Below, in pieces: positions 55,001 through 64,000 of a stretch of 64,000 nt of DNA (positions are counted from its first letter, which is position 1; each line of letters begins with the position of its first letter). The stretch lies in assembly GCA_964035545.1 (NCBI GenBank), contig OZ037768.1, forward strand, positions 6,480,741 to 6,544,740, read 5' to 3'. The stretch is from Bugula neritina (lineage: Eukaryota > Animalia > Bryozoa). The notes under the pieces were generated by a model, which saw only the letters and a list, made by a program, of their open reading frames with translations, was not told the origin of the DNA and did no database searches. The position numbers and the translations under genes were made by a program.

Positions 55001-58000
55001 AGTGCTTGAGTGTTGTTTATTTTCTTTCTGCACCATGAAAGTAGCTGGGGGCCAACATGTTTAGAAATTTATGCTTATTTAGTAAAGACCAAACAACATA
55101 AAACAAGTTTGCTGTGTGTGTGCTCAACAGATATAACACAGTATACTTAATCTTTCTTGTTTTTATTGTAAAGATCAAGGAGGATTCTACTTCCCTGTCC
55201 TGTACGTTATCCCGCTTTGCTTATTTTGTGTTGGTTTTGCAGACGGATATATGAGATTAGTGTGGAGCATGAGCTCTACGGACAAAAGGCACAGCCAGAG
55301 CCTACTCAAAGACTACAGGTCATTGTACCAGGTCCAGTAGATGCACCAGAGATCTTCCTGAAGACAGTGAATGAGAAAGACTTCACCATTGAGTGGGGAG
55401 AACCCCGGTGTTATGGAGGTGTGAGGGTCAAAGGTTACCAACTCTATATGAATGATAAGAAGATTGGGCGTGTCCTCAGATCCACTCACAGGAAGGCTGT
55501 TATACCGTGCCGACCAAATAGGTTAGCTCTCCTCTAAGCCACTATTCCCTACATTTCCCACCTTTATAAATAGAACACTACAACAATGTTATAAAGTAGT
55601 CAATTTATTTGTCACATTTATTTATGTGTCTCTAAACCTTCAAAGCAGATACTATTCATCAGATCCTAACATCAACATCTATTGATAATTAGCTGGTAGT
55701 ACCTCTATATTAAAAGTTTTAGAGTTGTTAGAATGATATTTTATATCAAGAGATGTGCTATCTTGTACTTAGGCAATACAAGCTGTGCATGTATGCTATT
55801 GGCACGGAGTATGGAAACTCTTCTGTATCAAACTCTCTGCTGATAAACACTCCTGGATCTCGGTTCTGTGCCGGTCAGCTGCTAGACAGCGCAATTGTAG
55901 ACTTTGAGTCATGGGAGGCTTCAGATCAAACAGATCTTAAGGTAATTATTATTTACAAACATATGCTGCATTTATTTAATAACTTTGGTGAGTATATTTT
56001 TAAGGATAACTGCTATTTCATATAACTTATAGCAAGAATTTGTTTTAATATAATGTGTTTTAGTAACATACAACCCACATGCACATTAAAATATATTTTC
56101 CAAGATACTTATTTTAGTATTATTAGAAGTCACCATAAAAATTTTAGTCTACAGTATGTTGCACAATCATGCATAACACTATTTCATATTTTGTAATAAA
56201 GTTGTGCACATAACTTGTGTATATTAGACGGTTTGTAGCAGTAATTTTACAAATTAGGCCTTAGATCTATGATCTAAACCATTAAGTAGAATTTTGTAAT
56301 CAATCTAAAACAAATGATGCAGCAAGAATGGTTCACATAGTGTTAACTTTCAATAATAACTACAAGAAACTCACCAAATAGCTCCTTTATAGCGTGGTTA
56401 AATGATACACTTTTAGGAGTTGTCTCTGCCTAACAAAAATTAAATACTAAAATGCATGTCATTTAAAATAAATTTTAATAATAATGTTATTGTTATAGTT
56501 ATTATATTTATAAAAATTTAACGAAAAAATTATAGCAAAATTTCATTACATTTAAAAAAGAATTTCATGATTTTTAAATAATACACACCATTTCATATTA
56601 GTAATTTGTTTGATATAGTCGCAATTCGTAGCTACCCAACTCATACTTACCTGGCACAGGGGCATCCGTGATCATGAAGGCGGATCCCCCAGGAAGAGGC
56701 CTTACCATTGCACTTCGGTTTGGTTGACGCCTGCGATTATCCCAAATGTGGATAACTCGGGTGCGTAATTTTTGGTAGTGGGGGACTGCGTTCGCGCTAT
56801 CCCCTAATAATTAAAGAAAGTAATAATATAAAAACAAACCACTAGTGGTTTTGCTGGTGAAACTACTAGTCAAGCAAAACCAAGGTTAGTTTCTTTAACT
56901 TAGTAAAGGCCAATGATAATGACAGAGAGATCATTCAGCCGTAATTGTGCCTTTGCCACAATAGAAAACCCCAAACGACCCTTTCTGTCAAGGGTTCTCA
57001 CAAGGATAGTGATTACAAACTCACGTGAAATCTAAAGAATATCTCTACATAAAGATTGACACGCTCTCCACCAATTATTGTCATGAATAAGACATTAAAA
57101 ACTAGTCAATTATTATACAGTGTAAGGAACAAGCACGGTGGGAATTAGGAAAGGTAATAAGATACAAATCTATTTCATACATAATAGTAGTGATCACACA
57201 ATTAATTTGGCCTTTGTGGTTTCCATGATAAGCAGCATGTATTTAGTTGAGATCTTAATGGCTAAATTACGTTATTAACTTGGCAGGTACGATCTAGCCA
57301 GGTGACGGACACCTCTATGAAGATAGATTGGGTATATGAAAACAAGCCAAGGGGCATACATGCATATAAGGTTCTTTGGAGTTGTTCAACCCAGCCCAAG
57401 GTTTGTAGAACAGATTTCTAACAAAAGAAATAATTAAATAATATTTTTGCAAAAAGCTGTAAGTTCACACTTCAAAGCAGCTACATGCTAGATTTTTATT
57501 TAATTTCTTTAGGTTATCACTAATAACATTTATTAATAATAATTTTCTGATGTTTATAATTCCCAGGACCGAGAAGTTCGAGTAGATACAGATGAAGCAG
57601 AACACAGTCTAGTGCTCCAAAAGCTGTTTCCTGGCATCACTCATTACATAAAGGTGTTTGCTATTGGAGACAGTGACATCATTGTTGAAAAGTCTAAGCA
57701 GATAATAGTGCAAACCAGTGCTCCACCTGATGTGCCGGTGATAGGTATAAGGTATGTGTTATATCATTAAAAAAATACTCTCGCATCTACTCGGTTCCTT
57801 TAGGTACACAGTGATTAAATAAATTATCTTCTGAGCCAAATGATTGAGAGCTAACAAACAAACCTTTGAGCTATGCTGTCTAGTCGCGTGTTTTATTTTA
57901 TTATGCAGAGCATGCAACTTGAAGTATATTTCTATCCAATGGGAGAGGCCCAGATGCTATGGAAGTGCACACATTACTGGCTACAGAGTATACGTTGACG

Positions 58001-61000
58001 GTATTTGCGAGTCTGTGAACGGCCCAGAAGAAATGACTTATAACTACACAACAGGAAAGTTCTGTACTGAATACTCTTTTCAAGTACAAGCCATAACCGA
58101 CAATGATTTAGCCAGTAAACCTTCGGATCCTTTGCTGGTGAAATGGCCCGGCGTTATACCCCCAACTGTGAGACAGATAGCCTCAGAGACAAACAGTTCA
58201 CTCAAGCTATGCTGGGAGATTCCTTACTGTACTGAGGGCATCAAGATCAAACACTACAAGGTTTGTCTTAGCTTGATAATGTATCTTACGCCATCTTGAA
58301 TATTGTAGTTATATCTTATTATTGTGATTGTTTGAAAGGTAGCTGTTTTATATAACTGTGCAAATAGTGAAATACTTGTTCATTCAACCAGTTTGTTGCA
58401 TTTCGTCTCGCAGGTTGTGTGTCGAGAAGTTGACACTCAGAAAATTGTACAAACCGTGTGTCCCATTCACCCCGAGACAACCCAGGCTGAGCTATACAAT
58501 GTGAGGAAGGGCAACTACCAAGTCTACTTGGAAATCTATGTGAGTGTTTGTGGGTACATGTATTGGTGATATATATTTACAGCTGGGCTCATAATATATA
58601 CAAATACTTTTATGACTGGTTTATTGTATTTGTTTTGGACTTTTGGTATGCAATTTAATGGGAAATCATATATTATATTCCTTAAATGTTTATTCTGTAG
58701 CTTCACGGCAATTCTGACATATTCCGGTCGGACGCTGTGACAGTGGAGCCTTTCATATTCCCGGATCCTCCTGCTATCACGGTCACAGTTGTGGGACTAG
58801 AAGAGAGGAGACAACTTGAGAAAATAACCAGTGATCTTGTCAACAAAAGATACAGGTAACTGGGAAGGAGTTGTAAGACTACCCGAATATTAGAACACAA
58901 TGTGCTTCTTAAATAGCATAAGTCTTTCATTATAGTAGATAGGATTGCCTGCAGTTTGAAGTTGCCTTTCCTAATTGCAAATTAATCTTCAGGTAGTCTT
59001 TTTGAAGCTGCAATTACTTTTGAAATAGAAAATGTGAATAATTAGAATTTCAGATGAATTTCTTGACTATGTTGTAAGAAGCATAATGATAATGATATAT
59101 AAACAAAGTTATATGTTGTGACATGTTAAAATATATAGCCTAGAATGCAAATCCTCACCACAACTAGGCATGTTGGCATAAAATTTAGCCTCAGCATATT
59201 ATGTTTTTGCAATAAGCACTTCTAACTTGTATGTATATATCTGGCAGTATATGATGACTCATTTACATTATATTATTATATGATGCATATATTATATTTC
59301 CATCTACATATTACATTCAGTTACCTATTACCATGTATTATTGAATGTAATACGGTATTAAGAGATGCATATGTGTTTTACGATAAAGGTTGATCAGTGT
59401 ACTCGCTGATGCTGGCAAAAATGAAGGTGTGATTCCGGGCTACAAGTTCAAGCGTACAGATGTTGTGCATGCTCAGGCTAAGGCCAAGGACTACTTAATG
59501 CAAGTAGACGGCATGCTAGATGATTGCTTTAGATCCTTGGCTAACTACACAGGTATATTTGAACCTGCTCAACTTATTTTTATTACATGTGGTAAAGTTT
59601 TAATCCATATTAGAATAGTATTTATGTCATGAAGATATAAAAGTGGAGATGGTATTATTGATGCCTATAATGTTTATTGAATACTGAAGGTTGGTTATTG
59701 ATGATACAGACAAAGCAAAAGATAAAGATTATTTGTGTTGTACTGTAGCTACTAAGTCCACTCCAATGCCACTATTTTAATTCATTATTTACTTATACAC
59801 ATAATAATGCAAATAGTGTCCACCACGCCTATAAAACTTGAGGTGTGTAAGCTAAATTTCTGGTTAATAACTGCTTGTTTTGAAGTAGGAAATACTATTG
59901 CATCTACTTTGGTATGCAAAAGTAATGAGAAAAAGTAATAAAGTCAGTTAATTATAGCCATTAGCAACCACTAGATATTCTTCCTGACCAATAGTTTGTT
60001 CGTAACCAAAATTAATTATGGGAGTTGTCTCCCCTCGAAGTTATTTTCTTATTGAAGTGCTGTTAACTTGTAGCATGCGTTTTTAAATTATGGAATTTTT
60101 TGTACAAGTAAAATAATTTGTGCTTTTGATGCAGATTTGCAAGTAGTATTTCTCATATGTATCATAATATAACATCCACTATTTAGCACACCAGTTTACT
60201 TATTATTTAAAAGCTAGTAGTATATAATGGGATGTTTAGTACTGGTTAATGGACTGTGTGGAAGACCTACATCGGAGTATGAATTCATTAGCTCTGGGGA
60301 AAGTCCCCGGATCCAGACCAGCGAGTGGTGTGCCGGCTATCTGTACCAGCCAGCTGTCACTCAGACCTTGCAAGGGCCATGACTGTCTCAGACAAGAGCC
60401 TGTTTGATGCAGCTGGTGTTCATCGCAGCACAGTTATGTAGGGTGTGTCATGTACATAACCTCAATGGGGCTTACTCTCTGCTCAGTCCTTTTACCAAAA
60501 TTTTTATTAATATTTCTAGGTAGCCTATTGGTTCATATCAGTTGGACAAATACTCAGTCTAGTCGAGATGTGTCGGTTAGTGGGTATCGTGTGCTGGTGG
60601 ACGGTAAACAGTTCGGAACAACTCTACATTCTGGTGTTAATAATGTCCGAATCAAGCTAAACCTAGAGTCACATGTACATAGAATCTCAATGGTGACCGT
60701 GTCGGCCAAACCCTATGGTATAAGCGGAGAGTCTAATACTGTCGATGTTTTAACGACTCCCTTCAGACCATTTGTAGCCTTCTGCTATCAAAATCTACAC
60801 CAGCAAGACTCTAGGTTTGTTGATTTATTGTGTTTATCTCATGTTCAAATTTTAAGTGACTGAAAAGTGGCATTGCTTTTAAGTTTTATAAAAATGCAAA
60901 AGATTGTATAGCGTGTTATTATTATTATGTTATTATTTATATATACTAATACAAATAATATTCCAGGTGGCCAAGTGCAGGTTCCTGCCGATATGATTCT

Positions 61001-62661
61001 GCCGTGGACTATGAGAGGCAGCAGACGAAGATGAAACTCTCTCACAAGGGTCTGCTGCACAAACAGCTCTCACCTCCACAAGTGAATGTTTTGGACGTGT
61101 TTGAATGTGAATTCAAACGACTGCTGCCTCCTGGTGGCCCTGAAAGACCCACCATTCTTTTGTTCTGGAGCAGCTGGTGCTTGTCTTCACAAAGAGTAAT
61201 GGAATACATGTTCAAGTTTTCTCAGTTCAATAATCACAAGGTACACACATTAGATCTTTGTGACAGGCAACTGGGCACACATTGCAGCTGCCAGTTGGCT
61301 GTTGAAATAGCTTTTACTATTTTATTTTTGATTGCCTGCTACATAGATCATGCAGTTTACATTACATATGAATAATATACTTGTAAGATATTTTGATTAG
61401 GTTTAGTCAGCTATAACTCCTTGTAACATCTCTTGTTGTGTTATAGTATGACTTTGTGTCACTCGCTTGTGGTCTCGATGTCACCATCCCAGAAGAAAGA
61501 GCTGATCTTGTACACCGCATAACCAGTAATGGATGGAATGACGAACACGCCATGTGGCATGTAACTGACCAGTCAGCATCAACTGTTGTTGCTGCACAGA
61601 CCTTCATACAGCAGAACCTGATTGGTGTGTTTCATCACTTTGTTCATAGGCTAAACTGAGTAACGATTCCAAGACATGCCTATATTTTCATGTGTCCATT
61701 TTTATATAATATGATGTATTGTGTACAAAGTAGCTGTAACTATAATTTTTTATAGGTAAAGATGGCAAAAAGATCAAGAATGTAGTAAACGGCCCTCAAA
61801 TAGCATTTGGCAACACTTCTGATCTGCTGGGAATACCTGGTGTACCAACCATTGTTGTCATACACCCATCAAGTAAGTTCATATTATTGGTATTATAGTG
61901 TACACCTACACCATATGCTGATAACCAATTCGAAATACTAATCTGATTTGTTAAAATATAACTGAAGCAATAAAATAAAATGTTTCTTTTCTATTTATTT
62001 TAGTATTAATGCGTTTAGTTAGTTGTATGTAGATACTTTTCATTAATTTATTTTTATTTTCTAATGACTCTGTTTTCATTGAAGTTTTTTCAAGTTGGTG
62101 GCTACTTCTCAAATTTTTAATAATCAACTTGTATCTATTCATTACACACATGATTTCTCTTTAGATTATATAGCATGGATGGGAACTTTTTGTACTTATG
62201 ACCAGAGCACATTTGACATCTTCATTGAGCACACTCTATCAGAGTGTTTAGGACTAACTTGTTCCATGGAAAGCTGTGAACAATGCCAAGCAAATGCTGA
62301 CCTTTACGGTAACTATGTTATCACACTCTCTTATGCCTACAAATTTCATTCACATCATAATACTACTGCAACCTATTGAGTGCATTTGCATGTTACAGGG
62401 CTGCTAACTAATTCTATTGGGCCAAACAACGGTAAAAGGCAAACCTCCGGTCCACCTTTAGTGATACCAACCACTGAGAAGCATATATATGGAGGCAGGC
62501 AACATCCTGCGCTAAAGAGGCCGCAATCCTCCAAACTGGCTAAAAGACCTGCTCAGACGAAAGGTGTTCGAAGTAGACCACACTCTGCCACATCTAGCAA
62601 AGGCAGCATATCTATTGCCAAACGTCCATATTCAGCAAAAAGTTCAGACAGAGAAATTTAA
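28077..62661 (+). CDS. Giant uncharacterised multidomain protein: 7 cupredoxin-like repeats, chitobiase/beta-hexosaminidase C-terminal-like domain, ~16 FN3 domains with a low-complexity insert, thioredoxin-like domain and basic tail (roughly 3000-3500 aa, estimate)
   Basis: ATG at 28077 has an upstream in-frame stop. About 50 GT-AG exons join in phase where checked. Repeated units have the form VxxxGFxPxxITIxxGxxVxWxW...HNI...GFxSG...FxxPGVYYF (28576-39981). IECATEGAEIYFTIDGNTP lies at ~41300. Many units read PxxP...W...GYxVxxNG...LxPGxxYxIxV. PTILLFWSSWCLSS...GIPGVPTIVVI spans 61148-61862. Stop at 62659-62661. Confidence 0.88.
28616..29205 (+). repeat. 43-bp minisatellite, ~13.7 copies, spanning the donor site of coding exon 2
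   Basis: The unit agatgtcagtgtttatgaagggcaggtgagtgttacaaactct starts at 28622 and recurs every 43 bp up to 29181. Confidence 0.97.
30733..30803 (+). tRNA. tRNA-Gly(GCC), intronic
   Basis: 71 nt GCATCGGTGGTTCAGTGGTAGAATTCTCGCCTGCCACGCGGGAGGCCCGGGTTCGATTCCCGGCCGATGCA. It has a paired acceptor stem, A and B boxes, and anticodon GCC. Confidence 0.98.
30804..30809 (+). terminator. Pol III oligo-T terminator of the tRNA-Gly
   Basis: TTTTTT immediately follows the discriminator base. Confidence 0.85.
33587..36822 (-). mobile_element. Decayed Academ-type DNA transposon, intronic
   Basis: Perfect 19-bp TIR TAGTCTAGAAGTAACCTCC with imperfect extension (ATTACACT..GGTGGCCAC). The 3-bp TSD is CAA (33584-33586 and 36823-36825). 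Minus-strand remnants read DHEEADTQTLLHA..VIIKSQDTDV, FHALTGCDST, LPPTKDELNFRVKRADYQAAI and a Cys-rich end. TAG termini, a 3-bp TSD and these motifs fit Academ. Confidence 0.85.
34340..35690 (-). pseudogene. Fragmented Academ transposase C-terminal half (XPG-like nuclease region and Cys-rich tail)
   Basis: ORF-track fragments 35448-35693, 34585-34833 and 34195-34413, plus FHALTGCDS at ~34880-34910, broken by stops and frameshifts. Confidence 0.75.
47682..47722 (+). other. Predicted G-quadruplex (seven G-tracts of 4 or more)
   Basis: ggggggaggggttggggtaggggtagggggaggggtagggg, ending 58 nt before the acceptor at 47780. Confidence 0.8.
56582..56602 (+). promoter_or_regulatory. Candidate snRNA proximal sequence element (PSE)
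   Basis: CACCATTTCATATTAG sits at about -57 to -42 from the U1 start, the expected PSE position, and loosely resembles TCACC-type PSEs. Confidence 0.4.
56643..56806 (+). ncRNA. RNU1: U1 spliceosomal snRNA, intronic
   Basis: 5' ATACTTACCTGG, loop I GATCATGAAG (70K site), loop II ATTGCAC (U1A site), Sm site AATTTTTGG and terminal stem GGGGACTGCGTTCGCGCTATCCCC. Length ~164 nt. Confidence 0.97.
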
Positions 62662-63842
62662 AATAAACTTTGCCATTGCCAAGTTCACACTGGTCTTTTG
62701 ATTTCAAGTTTTGTGAAGTCTCAGAATAACAGTGTGTTTAAATTTTCTACGACAGTCTATTTTCAGTATATATAAATTAAGCATGTATTTGTTATACATT
62801 CAACACTGTGATTTAATTTACTGCGATTTCACGCTTCAACAATTATGACATCAAGTTTTACATAATAATGTTATGCAAATCAATGTTTTCTTTAGAAATG
62901 CCTATATTTTTAACTTTTACAACAATTAGATATATGTTATATAAATAATTGGGTGCATTTACAAAATGCATAATATATTAAAACTCCTTATTTTGCAGAG
63001 ATTTCTAAAATACTAGCAAATTCTAGCTTTGTTGTAATGAGATTTTATTTGTGTTAATTTATTTGTGTGGATGAAGTAATCTCTGTTTATACTCTTTAGA
63101 TTTATAAACAATAAAACTTTCATGAATAAATAAATATTGAACATTCTTGACAACGTATTGAAGTTCTAATTCTATTTAAATTGGAGCCTGGTGTTGAAAT
63201 ATAAAGCAATGTATGTAGAGTATATTATTATATTTCTTTACATAATTTATATTGATTTGATTACTACTTATTTATGAAAAACAAAATACAAAAATATAAT
63301 TAGAAGTTTAGTTGAGTATATGAATATTATTTTACAATACAGCATTAGATTATTTATCATTGCATATTTTCATTGTTAATACTACTACACTGAGCCAGGC
63401 AATGTGATAATTTAATGATGAACCACAAGGTATATTTCATTTACTTCAAGTGTGAACACTTGCAATGAAGGCTCCTTTAATCGAAAATACAGTTAGAGAA
63501 AAATGCTGAGCTCAAAAGTTTATGCAGGAATACACCAAACATTATGGATTATTGCAACAAATTGGATCAAAGTGAAACTTTAATTAAAACCCACTTGTAC
63601 TCACTGTGCAGGTGGCTTGGTGAACTGTGTGCGAATAGGTGCAAAAATTGGAAAGTAAATTCTCAAAAAGCTGAAGAACTAAGATCAGAATATTATACAG
63701 CTAAGATTGAACTACTTACAAGTGCAGGAACTGAAGGAGTATTTAGTATAATGAGTATAACATAGTGTAGGTAAAAGTGCAATAAGTTAGTAGGAATACA
63801 AAGCTTTTCTCTGTGAATTATGTACAAGGGAGGACAATCACT

Positions 63843-64000
63843 TCACACATTTTCTGACCAGTTTATCTCATCAGCTTTCACCTGCAAGGTAAACAAGGGA
63901 AATGAATATTCAAACTAATTCAAGTTGAAAATAAAAGAGTGAAAAGTGAGAAAATACAGCGCACCTGTCTCAACTTGCCAATTCCACCTGAGCTTCTGAT
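63843..64000 (-). CDS. Last two coding exons of a convergent gene ending in a WH2-like actin-binding motif (partial)
   Basis: Exons 64000-63965 and 63881-63843 join by GT-AG to give IRSSGGIGKLRQ|VKADEINWSENV*. IRxxGGxxKLRxV resembles WH2 motifs of COBL/WASH type. Confidence 0.55.

Noticed and set aside
61175-61189. Selenoprotein-type thioredoxin motif
   Set aside because: The codons are TGG TGC TTG TCT TCA, with no in-frame TGA, and I recognised no SECIS.

Overview
AT-rich, intron-rich animal genomic DNA (invertebrate; a lophotrochozoan is my inference). Most ORF-track entries are exon fragments or spurious, so I assembled gene models by hand from splice signals and reading phase. From left to right: (1) a ZNF423/ZNF521 (Oaz)-type C2H2 gene on the minus strand, with the N-terminal NuRD-recruiting motif [14 protein letters not shown], a GC-AG intron, and only three fingers visible in the window; (2) a 3.2-kb TIR element in its presumed 5'-UTR intron; (3) ZNF341, head-to-head with gene 1; (4) an AidB/acdh-11-type acyl-CoA dehydrogenase, tail-to-tail with ZNF341; (5) a ~35-kb gene for a very large protein that I cannot name. 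It has no signal peptide and carries 7 cupredoxin-like repeats, a chitobiase-C-like domain, about 16 FN3 domains with a long low-complexity insert, a CxxS thioredoxin-like domain, a 4-Cys cluster and an RPxS-rich tail. Its introns host a 43-bp minisatellite that multiplies a splice donor, a tRNA-Gly(GCC), a decayed Academ transposon with intact TIRs and TSD, a G-quadruplex and a U1 snRNA gene; (6) the 3' end of a convergent gene that finishes in a WH2-like motif. The giant cupredoxin/FN3/thioredoxin protein is the best candidate for an undescribed system. All family assignments come from recalled motifs, not database searches.
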